From a virus (Duplodnaviria > Caudoviricetes), in the IMG/VR virus record IMGVR_UViG_3300020202_000006, positions 1-56,808 of that record: a stretch of 56,808 nt of DNA. One strand, given 5' to 3'. Within the stretch, counting starts at the first letter, position 1. Every line of letters begins with the position of its first letter. Shown one piece after another: positions 44,711 to 53,583 of this stretch. The notes beneath the pieces were generated by a model, which was not told the origin of the DNA, ran no database searches, and saw only the letters and a program-made list of their open reading frames with translations. The position numbers were made by a program, and so were the translations under genes.

Positions 44711-44901
44711 TCGTCCTCCTCTCCCTCTTCGCAGGCGAAGCATCGCACGTTCTTGCCAGCAATGCAGCGGCAGCAGCAACGGTCGAAGCACTCTGGGCAC
44801 TCGATGAGCCCCGGCTCGTCGGGGGGTGGCGGCTGGCCGCATGAGTCGCACACGTCTACGAGCGAAGTGCGCAGCACGGGCGGCGCGTCACTTGGCATCA
44901 T
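44707..44901 (-). CDS. Cys-rich zinc-binding protein
   Basis: CDSC, CPEC, CCCRC, CFAC. Confidence 0.6.
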   Translation of the reverse strand: MMPSDAPPVLRTSLVDVCDSCGQPPPPDEPGLIECPECFDRCCCRCIAGKNVRCFACEEGEEDE

Positions 44902-45245
44902 TCGTCCTCCTTGAGCAGCCCCGCCGCGCGCAGCACGGCCGTGGTGATGTCGCGGGGCGAGGCGGTGAGCAGGAACCAACTGAACCCCTGCGCACGTGCG
45001 GCCGCGTCGTAGGTGATAGCCAGAACGTCCGCAATCGCGTCCTGCATCCCCCTCTTCTCCGCCTCCGCGAGCAGGGCGCGGGCGTGGTCGATGGTGGTGG
45101 CCGGGTTCCAGTGGACGCGGAAGTCTCCTGTAGGACCGATCAGTCCCGGCGCCATCGCACTCCGTCCCTCAAGCACGTCCTTCACGGTGACGCGCTTGTA
45201 CCCCATCCACTCCGCCGCCTTGGCGTTGAGTTCTGCGTCGGTCAT
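44898..45245 (-). CDS. ABA sandwich-like protein
   Basis: MTDAELNAKAAEWMGY...WNPATTIDHA...ASPR. Confidence 0.65.
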   Translation of the reverse strand: MTDAELNAKAAEWMGYKRVTVKDVLEGRSAMAPGLIGPTGDFRVHWNPATTIDHARALLAEAEKRGMQDAIADVLAITYDAAARAQGFSWFLLTASPRDITTAVLRAAGLLKEDE

Positions 45246-46171
45246 GTGGGCTCCTGGGGCTGGGGCGGGCGGAGCGTGTCATGCAGGGCGTTCCTCGCCA
45301 TGTTGGCGGAGTGAACCACCTTGCGATAGAGGACGTACGGGAAGTCGTCCTCGCTCCCGCGGTTGTTGTCGATGGCCGTGAGCGTCGCCCGCATCCGGGC
45401 GTTCTCCGCTTCGAGGGCGGCGATGCGGGCGCGGAGGTCCTGCGTCTGCGTCTTGACGGCGGCGTTGAGCGCAATGGCGTTCCAGAGACGGACATGCTCA
45501 GGACTACCAACGTCCCGCAGCGCCTCGGCCGTGGGCGCGGGGCGGGCACGCAGGGCGGCGAGTTCGGCCTCGGCCTTGTTCGCGCGTTGCCGCTCCCTGT
45601 CCCGCTCGGCCTCGGCCTTCTCGGCGCGGGCGCGGAGGGTGTCGAAGGCGTCGGGACATGGCACGGCGACTTGAGCGGGGCCCGCCTCCCGGTCCTCGTA
45701 AGGCCACCGCTCACTGCGCGACTCGATTGCCTTGGCCCTCTCGCGGGTGTAGCGGCCCGCAGACTTGATGTGGGCGGTGTAACCGCTGCTATTACCACGC
45801 CACCACAGCCCGTCCTCACGGTCGTAGATGAGCCAGTCCGCCGCTTCCCCCGCGGGCTCAACCTGTAAGGGGGGCTTACACGTTGCGGGCTCCCCCTCAG
45901 TCACCCGTGAATCAGCCGGTACAGGCTGTAGAGCAGCAGCGCCAGGAACGCCAGCGGGAGCAGGACCGGCAGGCACGCCAGCAGCAGCCCCAGCAGGCCC
46001 ATCGCCGCAATGACCAGCAGCGCCGCCGCCAGCGCCAAGTATTCGCCCAGCCTCGCAAGCACAGTCCACCTCCGTCTTGGTGTCGCCGTTGCCGTACACG
46101 GTGATGCGCAGCACGCCGCGCTCCACGACGCAGAGCACGCTGTTGGGGGCGGTGATGGTGGGGGTCAACAT
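45242..46171 (-). CDS. Mosaic hypothetical protein
   Basis: WWRGNSSGYT....AGRY module and RARAEKAEAERD coiled coil. Confidence 0.65.
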   Translation of the reverse strand: MLTPTITAPNSVLCVVERGVLRITVYGNGDTKTEVDCACEAGRILGAGGGAAGHCGDGPAGAAAGVPAGPAPAGVPGAAALQPVPADSRVTEGEPATCKPPLQVEPAGEAADWLIYDREDGLWWRGNSSGYTAHIKSAGRYTRERAKAIESRSERWPYEDREAGPAQVAVPCPDAFDTLRARAEKAEAERDRERQRANKAEAELAALRARPAPTAEALRDVGSPEHVRLWNAIALNAAVKTQTQDLRARIAALEAENARMRATLTAIDNNRGSEDDFPYVLYRKVVHSANMARNALHDTLRPPQPQEPT

Positions 46172-47136
46172 TGGGTCTCCTGTGCTTCGAGTATCACTCT
46201 GCCGATTGCTTCCGCGACATCCGGGACGACGCTGTTGCCGTAAGCCCGGAGAGCACTTCGGCGGGCAAGTGACACCAATCGGGCGGGTAGCCCATCAGCG
46301 TCGCCACCCAGTCGGGGTTGAGCGAGCCGCGCAACCAGTCGGGGCGGCTCCCATCTGTGCTGGGGCTCTCCGGGGCGGGAGGGCCAGACTTGATGCGCCC
46401 CAGCAGGTTCCCGCCCCCGTCGTGGTTCTCCGTTGCGCCGTAGTCCGGTCCCCGGTTCGCGTCCGCCGAGCGCGGCGTCGGCCACGTCGCCTCCTGCGGC
46501 TCCAGGCAGTCCTTCCCGCCCCGCTTCCAGTCGCGCGAGCGGGGGGTGTTCCAGGCCAGTACTTGCGCGGGCAGGTTCGGTTGGCCCCCATCCTTCCGCT
46601 CCGGGTGATGAATCACAGGGCGATCGCCGTTGCTCGCCTTCGGCGTATTCCACTCGTCCGACGATCCACACCCGGTCCCGCCTGTGCGGGGCTCCGACCG
46701 CCCAAGCACCCACCACGAGCGGCCAGCAGGCGTACCCGAGTCCTTCCAGCGCAGCGAGCGCGTCGTCAGCCCCGCGAGTCCGGAGAGCAGGGACGTTCTC
46801 AGCCAGCACCCAAGCGGGTCGCACGGCCTCGATGACGCGCCGCATCTCCCACCACAGCCCGGAGCGCTCCCCGCCGAGACCGGCGCCCTTCCCGGCGCAG
46901 GAAATGTCCTGGCAGGGGAAGCCTCCACAAACAACATCGACTGGCCCACAGCGTCGCGCCACCTCATCGCCGGTCACCTCACGCACGTCGTCCCAGCAGG
47001 GCACCCCGGGCCAGTGCTTCGCCAGCACCGCGCGGGCGAAGGGGTCGATCTCGCACTGACCCACCACCGTCATGCCCGCCCTTTCAAGGCCCAGGTCGAG
47101 CCCGCCGATGCCGGAGAAGAGGGACAGGACACGCAT
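46165..47136 (-). CDS. dcm: DNA cytosine-5 methyltransferase (alpha chain)
   Basis: LFSGIGG (I), GGFPCQ (IV), ENV (VI), HRRDR (VIII), YGNSVVP (X). Confidence 0.9.
   Translation of the reverse strand: MRVLSLFSGIGGLDLGLERAGMTVVGQCEIDPFARAVLAKHWPGVPCWDDVREVTGDEVARRCGPVDVVCGGFPCQDISCAGKGAGLGGERSGLWWEMRRVIEAVRPAWVLAENVPALRTRGADDALAALEGLGYACWPLVVGAWAVGAPHRRDRVWIVGRVEYAEGEQRRSPCDSSPGAEGWGPTEPARASTGLEHPPLARLEAGREGLPGAAGGDVADAALGGREPGTGLRRNGEPRRGREPAGAHQVWPSRPGEPQHRWEPPRLVARLAQPRLGGDADGLPARLVSLARRSALRAYGNSVVPDVAEAIGRVILEAQETQC
46194..46967 (-). CDS. Nested alternative-frame methyltransferase beta chain
   Basis: W(N/P)TP repeats and LNPDWVATLMGYP (motif IX), which the alpha frame lacks; start uncertain. 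Confidence 0.65.
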   Translation of the reverse strand: MRWRDAVGQSMLFVEASPARTFPAPGRAPVSAGSAPGCGGRCGASSRPCDPLGCWLRTSLLSGLAGLTTRSLRWKDSGTPAGRSWWVLGRSEPRTGGTGCGSSDEWNTPKASNGDRPVIHHPERKDGGQPNLPAQVLAWNTPRSRDWKRGGKDCLEPQEATWPTPRSADANRGPDYGATENHDGGGNLLGRIKSGPPAPESPSTDGSRPDWLRGSLNPDWVATLMGYPPDWCHLPAEVLSGLTATASSRMSRKQSAE

Positions 47137-47137
47137 A

Positions 47138-47359
47138 TCAGCTCGCCGTCTTCGCCCACACCCGCGTCGTACTCGTCAGGCTGGGAGTGCTCGCCCAGAA
47201 CCGCTTGCTCCTCAGCCGCGGCAGGAGGGTGATGGCCCACGCGATGAGGCAGAGCGTGAGCACCACGCGCCCCCACCGCCTCGCCGTGTTCCACCGACGG
47301 CGCCGGTCCAGCGGCGCCCGCCTCTGCCTCAACGCCTCGCGTATCTCGTGCGTCTCCAT
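47138..47359 (-). CDS. Small membrane protein
   Basis: AAGGAG SD; VVLTLCLIAWAITLL. Confidence 0.5.
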   Translation of the reverse strand: METHEIREALRQRRAPLDRRRRWNTARRWGRVVLTLCLIAWAITLLPRLRSKRFWASTPSLTSTTRVWAKTAS

Positions 47360-47379
47360 GCTGCTCTCCTTCGCCGCGG

Positions 47380-47562
47380 TCACGCACGCGGGGTTGGTTG
47401 CTTCCTCCGTTGGCTCCGGCTCACGAACGTCCCCGTGACCACCCGATACCGACCGGTGCTCCATCCGTTCAGATGCCGACATCTCGCGTCGGCCAACCCC
47501 TTGTTTCGGAACGCCTCGACGGGGCGGCCCTGACACGCGAGCATGTACACCCGGGCCCTCAT
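47380..47562 (-). CDS. Hypothetical protein
   Basis: GGAGG SD; ATGA coupling. Confidence 0.5.
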   Translation of the reverse strand: MRARVYMLACQGRPVEAFRNKGLADARCRHLNGWSTGRYRVVTGTFVSRSQRRKQPTPRA

Positions 47563-48026
47563 GCCACCTCCCTGTTGCGGGTCACGGCGTCGTCCGACTC
47601 GACGCGCGGGGCCCACTGCCTGTAGGAGTCGTCCGCGGCCTGGCCGCTGATGTGGTGCAGCAGGTCCACGGGCGCGTGCGGGTCGAAGAGTTCGCGGCCC
47701 TGGTAGCGGAAGGCGTGGAACAACTCGTGGCGGACGACGAGTTCGACCTGCATCCACAGCGTCTTGACGACGCCGCTCTTGCCGGTGCCCGCCCAGAGCA
47801 CCACGTCGCGCCCGCGCCCGCGGCCGAACGAACCGTCGTCCACGTTCACGCGGTCGAACGTGACCCACAGCAACCAGCCCTTGCGCTCGCCGCCCACGTC
47901 GGGGAGGCGGAAGGGCTTCCACTCGAACGCCCAGTGCCAGTTGGTCGGTCCGATGCGCGACATCTCGACCTGCGAGATGACCTCGGCCAAGTCCGCGTCG
48001 GTGTAGACCATCTTCTCGGTGTGCAT
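47559..48026 (-). CDS. Hypothetical protein
   Basis: AGGAG SD; G.GR....HE...AFRY.G..LFDPH motif. Confidence 0.75.
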   Translation of the reverse strand: MHTEKMVYTDADLAEVISQVEMSRIGPTNWHWAFEWKPFRLPDVGGERKGWLLWVTFDRVNVDDGSFGRGRGRDVVLWAGTGKSGVVKTLWMQVELVVRHELFHAFRYQGRELFDPHAPVDLLHHISGQAADDSYRQWAPRVESDDAVTRNREVA

Positions 48027-48035
48027 CCGTCGCTC

Positions 48036-48449
48036 CTACGCCGCGTCCGCGGCCTTGGGGGATTCGGGGAACCGCTCCTTGTGCAGCGCCACCCGCCGCA
48101 CCAGGGCCATCACGTCCGGGCGGCCCAGGCCCTCCTCGCGCCGCTTGATCCAGGCGCCGTGGTCGGACCCGCTCCCGCCCGTGATGGCGATGGCGATGCT
48201 GCTCCACGACGGGACCGCCTCGCCCTCGCCCACGTCGTCCCGGCAGAGGACGGCCAGGGCCCGCCGCGACTGCACCTGCGCGGTGGAGCGTCCGGGCGGG
48301 GACACGTCCCCGAGATGGTCGAGGTAGCGCATGATGCGGGCGCGGAGGGCGCGGACGGCGGGCGGCGCGTCCGCGATGGGCGCGCCGCACTCGCGCCTGG
48401 CCCAGTGGGCGCCGCAGGTCGGGCAGACGCCGGGGGACATGGGCGTCAT
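48036..48449 (-). CDS. DnaA C-terminal HTH-like protein
   Basis: GRS...VQSRR....LCR...SWSSIA...GG..SDH pattern. Confidence 0.55.
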   Translation of the reverse strand: MTPMSPGVCPTCGAHWARRECGAPIADAPPAVRALRARIMRYLDHLGDVSPPGRSTAQVQSRRALAVLCRDDVGEGEAVPSWSSIAIAITGGSGSDHGAWIKRREEGLGRPDVMALVRRVALHKERFPESPKAADAA

Positions 48450-48652
48450 TGCGCGTCCTCCGGGGCGGGGGCGGCAATCTCCTCGGGTCCGCCGTCGATG
48501 TAGTTCCAAGCCCATTCTGTCCAGTGCTCCTGGACGGCCTTGTCGCGGGCATCAGCGTCCAGCCCCGCCAGTTCCTCGTCGTCGATCTCGTACTCCGTGT
48601 CATGGCGAGCGCCGGCGAAGCCGATCCCGAGCGTGAACCTGAACCATGCCAT
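48446..48652 (-). CDS. Small acidic protein
   Basis: GGAGG SD; GIGFAG...EWAWNYID. Confidence 0.7.
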   Translation of the reverse strand: MAWFRFTLGIGFAGARHDTEYEIDDEELAGLDADARDKAVQEHWTEWAWNYIDGGPEEIAAPAPEDAQ

Positions 48653-48653
48653 G

Positions 48654-49016
48654 TCAGTCCTCCGGGTTGACAACCTTCGTCTCGAATCCGCCGCCCTCGC
48701 GCTGGGGCTTGGGCCGCACCAGCACGGCGCGGAAGGGGAAGAGGGACGCCGCCACCTTGAGCTTGACCCAGGCGTCGTCCTCCATGTGCCCCTTGACCTC
48801 GTGGATCTCCAGCGTGCCGTCGGGCAGCATGACCACGAAGTCGGGGGTGTACCGCGTGTCCGGGGCGAGCTTGAACGTGAACGCCTCGAACCAGTACGCG
48901 GCGACCTTGCCCTCCAGCCTGAGCGCGGCGAGCACGTCGGCGTAGCGGGCCTCGGACTTGTTCATGGTGCCGGGGGTGCGGCGGGCGGTGCGGCCACGGG
49001 CGAAGATGCGCGTCAC
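48654..49016 (-). CDS. PD-(D/E)xK nuclease (DUF1064-like, possible Holliday junction resolvase)
   Basis: MNKSEARY, YTPDF, HEVKG. Confidence 0.8.
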   Translation of the reverse strand: MTRIFARGRTARRTPGTMNKSEARYADVLAALRLEGKVAAYWFEAFTFKLAPDTRYTPDFVVMLPDGTLEIHEVKGHMEDDAWVKLKVAASLFPFRAVLVRPKPQREGGGFETKVVNPED

Positions 49017-49267
49017 GTGCTGCCCTCCCTGCCGAACAGCGCCGCCCCCGCGTCGCTCTCGTCCGCCTGCGCCTGTCGCTTGCGGAGCACGCGGTCGGAC
49101 GGCGCAACCTTGTTCGTCTCCTGCAGCCAGACGAGGTACGGGTAGCGCTCACGGGTCGCCCAGGGGAAGGCGTTGAGGAGCATCGCGCGAAGCTCGGCGC
49201 GGCTGGCGCGTGGGTTGTCCCGCACGATCGCGGCGATGCGGCGGGCTGCGTCTTCTCGCCAGGTCAC
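49013..49267 (-). CDS. Hypothetical protein
   Basis: AFPW..RE.YPY.VW..E motif; GTGA coupling. Confidence 0.65.
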   Translation of the reverse strand: MTWREDAARRIAAIVRDNPRASRAELRAMLLNAFPWATRERYPYLVWLQETNKVAPSDRVLRKRQAQADESDAGAALFGREGST

Positions 49268-49488
49268 GTGAACAGCCCTCCTTTGTTCGCTTCCGGCTTC
49301 TCCGCCGCCGGCACCATCGCCCTGAACCTGTCCCGCTCCGTGGGGCCGATGGAGAACCACGTCGCCTTGGGGTCGTACAAGCCCGCCTGCTTGAGCGCCA
49401 TGTACCGGCCGATGGCCGCCTCCTCCGCGGGCGTGCCCGCGTGCGCGTCGAAGTCGTCGAGGTTGCTGCGGGTGGGGGTGGCGGTCAT
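49264..49488 (-). CDS. Hypothetical protein
   Basis: ATGA coupling. Confidence 0.55.
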   Translation of the reverse strand: MTATPTRSNLDDFDAHAGTPAEEAAIGRYMALKQAGLYDPKATWFSIGPTERDRFRAMVPAAEKPEANKGGLFT

Positions 49489-49838
49489 GCGGACGGCCCA
49501 TCCTCCCGGTGCGTCTCTGTGGCAAGCCGAGCGGTGAGCCACCGGATAGCGGCGTCCCGGCGTCCGCTCTCGACGGGGATAGACAGCATGGCCGCCAGCG
49601 CCTCCGCCATGTAGTGAACGTCGGTGCATCCGGCGCTCTCGGCGTGCAGCCGCGTCAGGTCGTCGACCGTCATGCCGAACGCCTTGGCATAGCGGCGGAG
49701 CGCGGTCGGCTTGATGGGGGCGCCCTTCTCATGCTTGCACACCGACGACTGCGACACGCCGGACCGCTTGGACAACTCACACTGGGTGAGCCCGCGAGCC
49801 TTCCGCAACATCCGTACGACAGCACCTGTGCCGCTCAT
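49485..49838 (-). CDS. XRE-family HTH protein
   Basis: LRKARGLTQCELSKRSGVSQSSVCKHEKG. Confidence 0.85.
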   Translation of the reverse strand: MSGTGAVVRMLRKARGLTQCELSKRSGVSQSSVCKHEKGAPIKPTALRRYAKAFGMTVDDLTRLHAESAGCTDVHYMAEALAAMLSIPVESGRRDAAIRWLTARLATETHREDGPSA

Positions 49839-50029
49839 AACTCAGACCTCCTCTCCCTCGGCAACCGCTCGCGCTTGCTCGGCACCGGCAGCGTGCGCAC
49901 GGCCACGCCGACGCAGGCGCAGTGCCCGCGCACGCGCCCGCAGCCGGGGCACACCACCGGCGCCGACGTGCCCACCACGGGGCTGGGCCGCGCGGGCGGG
50001 GGCTTGGGGGCTATCTCGCGGTGCCTCAT
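49835..50029 (-). CDS. Small zinc-finger-like protein
   Basis: CPGC...HCAC; coupled ORF. Confidence 0.5.
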   Translation of the reverse strand: MRHREIAPKPPPARPSPVVGTSAPVVCPGCGRVRGHCACVGVAVRTLPVPSKRERLPRERRSEL

Positions 50030-50250
50030 CGCCCGCCCCTCCGGTGGTGCCGCTTGTACTGCTCCCAGGCGGCGTCAATGTCGGAAATGACTACTGACGC
50101 CTCCACAATCGCCCGTCGGCTGCTCCGCGCCATCGCGGCGTCGCTGCTGATGTACCGCTCCCCCGCCACGTACCCCACCAGCACGCCCTGGGCGAGCTTG
50201 CGGAGCGTCGCGGCCGACAGGGGGCGCTTGCGCTGTCTCTTGGCCATCAC
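50026..50250 (-). CDS. Hypothetical basic protein
   Basis: GGAGG SD; coupled ORF. Confidence 0.55.
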   Translation of the reverse strand: MMAKRQRKRPLSAATLRKLAQGVLVGYVAGERYISSDAAMARSSRRAIVEASVVISDIDAAWEQYKRHHRRGGR

Positions 50251-50585
50251 CGCACCTCCATCTCGGACTCATGGGCGAAGACCAGCGCGCCGGGCACCGG
50301 GCCCAGCGGCTCCAGTTGCAGCAGGTACAGGCCCGCCCCGTCCCGCACCGGCGCCGTCCGCCGCGGGTCGTTGGGGGCGTACGTGTGCTCGGGGCCCGGC
50401 ACGTCCAGCACCCGCCCCGCGTGGCGGCGCAGCACCTTGGCGGGCAGCCGGTGCCCGTCGGCCACCAGCGTCACGCGCTGGAACTCCCGGAACAGCGGCT
50501 CGGCCGGGCGCACGAACCGGGCCACGAAGCGGAACCGCGGGGGCTTGCGCGTGGCGGCGGGGTTCGTCATGTTCATCAGAGTCAT
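50247..50585 (-). CDS. Hypothetical protein
   Basis: ATGA coupling to the loader gene. Confidence 0.6.
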   Translation of the reverse strand: MTLMNMTNPAATRKPPRFRFVARFVRPAEPLFREFQRVTLVADGHRLPAKVLRRHAGRVLDVPGPEHTYAPNDPRRTAPVRDGAGLYLLQLEPLGPVPGALVFAHESEMEVR

Positions 50586-51154
50586 CGCTCGTCTCTCCTG
50601 AAGCTCGGCCAGTCGCACACGATCACCACCCCCGTCTCCCGCATCCGGTCGGCGACGCTCGGACCCAGCGACTTGGCCAGTTCCTCGGGCCGGTGGTTGC
50701 TCACGAGCACGGTGTCCAGCATCGCCGCGTACCGGCGGTCGATGATGTGGGTGAGCACGTTGTCCTCCCACGCCGACTCCCCCCGCACCTGCGCCTCGTC
50801 GATCACCAGCACCCCGGGCCGGGCGTAGCGGTCCACCAGCGCCCGCTCGGTCGCCTCCGCGCCCTGCCGGAACGCCTCGCGGATGCGGAGGAACATCCCC
50901 ACCGCCGTCGTGTACAGGATCGAGCGCCCGTTCTCGCCGGCGTGCCGCAGCGCGGTGCAGACCATGTGCGACTTGCCCGTGCCCCGGTTCCCCACGACGG
51001 CCGCCACGGCGCCGGTGCCGAAGGTCGCCCACAAGCGTCCGCCGGCCTCGATCCATCGCGTCCCCCGGGCGTCGCCGGGCGGCAGGTCCCTAGGTGGATC
51101 CCAGTACCGCCGGGGGATGTCCGCCGCGCGGAGCCTGTCGCGGATGTCAGCCAC
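50582..51154 (-). CDS. DnaC/IstB-like AAA+ helicase loader
   Basis: GNRGTGKS, LVIDE, IIDRRY, VSN, DRMRE. Confidence 0.85.
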   Translation of the reverse strand: MADIRDRLRAADIPRRYWDPPRDLPPGDARGTRWIEAGGRLWATFGTGAVAAVVGNRGTGKSHMVCTALRHAGENGRSILYTTAVGMFLRIREAFRQGAEATERALVDRYARPGVLVIDEAQVRGESAWEDNVLTHIIDRRYAAMLDTVLVSNHRPEELAKSLGPSVADRMRETGVVIVCDWPSFRRDER

Positions 51155-51989
51155 GGGAGTCCTCCCCGGGCCGCACGACGGGCAGGGTCGCCCAGTCGTC
51201 CGGCTCGTCGAAGTCGCGCCCACGCTGCTGGGCCCGCCGCTGCTCGGCGGCGCCCGGCGCCGGGCCGGTCGCACGGGGCGCGGCGTGCCGCATGTCCCCG
51301 CCGCGGTCCTGCTCCCGCTTGAGCCAGCCGGTCAGGAACCGGTCCCAGTTGCTCTTGTGCGCCCGCTCGGGGTTGGCCCGCAGCCACACGTCGGCCGCGG
51401 CGAGCTGGCGGTCGATGTCGCACGCCGGGAACGCCAGGGCCCAGCGGCGGCGGTCCTCGTCGGCGATGCCCGTCCACCCCCCGGCGGGCGTCCACGCGAT
51501 CGCGGCCTCGCGCGTCTTCTCCTTCTTCTTCTTCTTATCTCTTAAGGGGGAGGGGGGAGCGGGGGGCGGGGGAACCAAAGTTGAACCAACCGTGAACCAA
51601 GGTTGAACCACCGTTGAACCACCGTTCGTTTCGTCGCGCACGCCGTCCTTCCGTGCTCGCCGTGCTTCCCCGCTGGCCCGTCCGTTCGCCGCCTGCGCCA
51701 CGCTGCGCTGTCGCTCGCGTTCGTACGCGGCGGCCAGCAACGGGTGGACGTATCCGCTGCCACGCCGCGCGAAGTGCGCGAGCACCGACGATTCCACTGA
51801 CGGCCAGTCGGACGAACTCACGCCGGCAAGGCGGGCGAGAGCGGGGCCGCTGGGGGGCAGGGCGGGGTCGGGTTGGCTAGCGAAACGAATCACCAGTCGC
51901 ACCAGGGCCGCGAGCGCGTCGTTGTCGAGCGCGTCGACGGTGTTGGGCGGGAACAGCCGCAGCAGCGACTCACGGAATCCGTCGGCCAC
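51147..51989 (-). CDS. Replication initiator protein
   Basis: YdaU/DUF1376-like N-terminus (LARLAG....W), linker with iterons, C-terminal NWDRFLTGWLKR; upstream of the loader. Confidence 0.75.
   Translation of the reverse strand: MADGFRESLLRLFPPNTVDALDNDALAALVRLVIRFASQPDPALPPSGPALARLAGVSSSDWPSVESSVLAHFARRGSGYVHPLLAAAYERERQRSVAQAANGRASGEARRARKDGVRDETNGGSTVVQPWFTVGSTLVPPPPAPPSPLRDKKKKKEKTREAAIAWTPAGGWTGIADEDRRRWALAFPACDIDRQLAAADVWLRANPERAHKSNWDRFLTGWLKREQDRGGDMRHAAPRATGPAPGAAEQRRAQQRGRDFDEPDDWATLPVVRPGEDSRG
51572..51626. repeat. Iterons: five GAACCA cores at 11-bp period (candidate origin of replication)
   Basis: GAACCA at 51572, 51583, 51594, 51605 and 51616; pyrimidine/AT tract at 51522-51545. 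Confidence 0.75.
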
Positions 51990-51999
51990 GTCGGCGTCC

Positions 52000-52345
52000 T
52001 GCCGGGGTGAGAACCGCGCTCACAGAGGCTCCCCGCGCGCGTCAGCACCAAGTACCTCTCTCGGTGCGTCGCGGGGCTATGAGCTATTGGAATCCCGCGT
52101 TCCGGGCTCTCGCCCGTTCCGCGGAAGGCGGACGCTGTTCCAAGCAGCCCCGCCCCGCCGTCATTGCCGCCGATCGGGCACCCGCGATGACGGACGCGGG
52201 CTCCTACGACGCCCGTTTATGGACGCGCCGGTCTCCATTCGGACGGCCGGACTTCCCAAGGCTCAGCGGCTCACCTGGTGTCTTCAATGCGGCGTCTAGG
52301 AGGGCTCCGCGACGCCGCGGGGTTGCCGGAGATTCGGGCTCTCCG
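52000..52345 (-). ncRNA. Putative structured RNA upstream of the initiator
   Basis: Chain of hairpins including CGGGC-GAGA-GCCCG (GNRA loop); no convincing ORF. Confidence 0.4.
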
Positions 52346-52360
52346 GCGGCCAGGCGATAC

Positions 52361-53275
52361 TCAGGCGGCGGCGACGCTCGGCGCGAGGCCGCGGGGGAGG
52401 GGGAACGCCTCGCTGGGCTTGAAGGCCAGGAGGCTGATCTGGCTCCCCGAGCGGTGGGCGTTCCACGCCTTGATGAACCACGCCAGCGTGTTGCGGTAGT
52501 CCCCGATGGTGCGGCGGGCGGGGGCGTTGAGCAGCACGCGGCGGAGGATCAGGCGCGGGTCGCGCGCCCCCAGGTTCGCGCCCTCGACGGTGCTGTTGAT
52601 GAAGTAGTCCGCCGCGCCGTGGTCGATCCGGCGGAGGAGCCAGATCGTGAACGCCATGACGCTGGGTGGGGCGATCGTCCGGTGCTCGCGGCTGCCGCTC
52701 ACCACGGCGACGGCCTCGCGGATGCCGGGGGTGCGGGCCAAGATCCCCATCAACTCGGCGTTGGAGACGCGGCGGTCGCGTCCCCCCTGGAGCCCCGCCT
52801 CGTCGCTCCACCGTGCCACCAGCCGCAGCGTGGACGCGAGTATGGAGGTGTTCACCTCCCCCGCCATCGCCAGCGAGTCGCTGCCCTTGCGGACGCGCCC
52901 GGTGTCGATCACGTCCTTGGCCGCGACCGGGAGCCCATAGACCACCAGCACGTCGAGCGGGACGCCCGAGCGGACCACGGCGTGGCAGCGGTGCTGGCCG
53001 TCGATCAGCTCCCCGTTCACGTCGAAGCGGATGGGGGTGGCGTCGTAGATCGCGCGACCGGCCAGCAGCTCCGCCTCGATGGAGAGGATGTTGCCCTCGG
53101 AGAGTGGCCGGTTCGCCACGTTGCGGGAGAGGAACGCCTCGGCCTGCTCGGGCGTCATGGTCAGGCGACGGGTGCCCACCTCGCCGGGGGCGGGGAGCCA
53201 GGCATGGGCGGGCGCGGGCGAGAGGCGGTGATTCGACGGTCGGGCCGGGGGCGTTCGTTCCAGAACTGCTGTCAT
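52361..53275 (-). CDS. ParB-like (DGQHR) protein
   Basis: TPEQA..FL..N..NR, LIDGQHRC.A, IDTG..R. Confidence 0.8.
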   Translation of the reverse strand: MTAVLERTPPARPSNHRLSPAPAHAWLPAPGEVGTRRLTMTPEQAEAFLSRNVANRPLSEGNILSIEAELLAGRAIYDATPIRFDVNGELIDGQHRCHAVVRSGVPLDVLVVYGLPVAAKDVIDTGRVRKGSDSLAMAGEVNTSILASTLRLVARWSDEAGLQGGRDRRVSNAELMGILARTPGIREAVAVVSGSREHRTIAPPSVMAFTIWLLRRIDHGAADYFINSTVEGANLGARDPRLILRRVLLNAPARRTIGDYRNTLAWFIKAWNAHRSGSQISLLAFKPSEAFPLPRGLAPSVAAA

Positions 53276-53341
53276 GTGTCGCTCCGTTGCAGAGGGAACA
53301 CTCGGGAACCGGCCGGATCTCGGGGACGAGCCCGGCCACAA

Positions 53342-53372
53342 AGCTTGGCGCCGCGGTCCCGCGACGCCAAGC
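53342..53372 (-). terminator. Terminator-like hairpin
   Basis: GCTTGGCGTCGCG-GGAC-CGCGGCGCCAAGC-TTTGT. Confidence 0.55.
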
Positions 53373-53392
53373 AAGGAGAGAGGATGAGGCCG

Positions 53393-53488
53393 TTACTCGC
53401 CCACGAAGATGAGCGCGATGAACTTGAGGAAGGCGAGCGCCACGAAGGCCGCCCACTCCCGGGCGCTGAGGTCGTCGTGGCGGCTCAC
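53393..53488 (-). CDS. 31-aa hydrophobic peptide
   Basis: MSRHDDLSAREWAAFVALAFLKFIALIFVGE*; GTGA coupling. Confidence 0.5.
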   Translation of the reverse strand: MSRHDDLSAREWAAFVALAFLKFIALIFVGE

Positions 53489-53583
53489 TGCGCGTCCTCG
53501 CTTTCGTGGCCCTGTTCGCTATGCGCGACGGGCGAGAAGAGGCGGAAGACGAGGTGCCAGAGCGTGACGAGGGGATGGAGCAT
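53485..53583 (-). CDS. 32-aa peptide
   Basis: AGGAG SD; MLHPLVTLWHLVFRLF... Confidence 0.45.
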   Translation of the reverse strand: MLHPLVTLWHLVFRLFSPVAHSEQGHESEDAQ

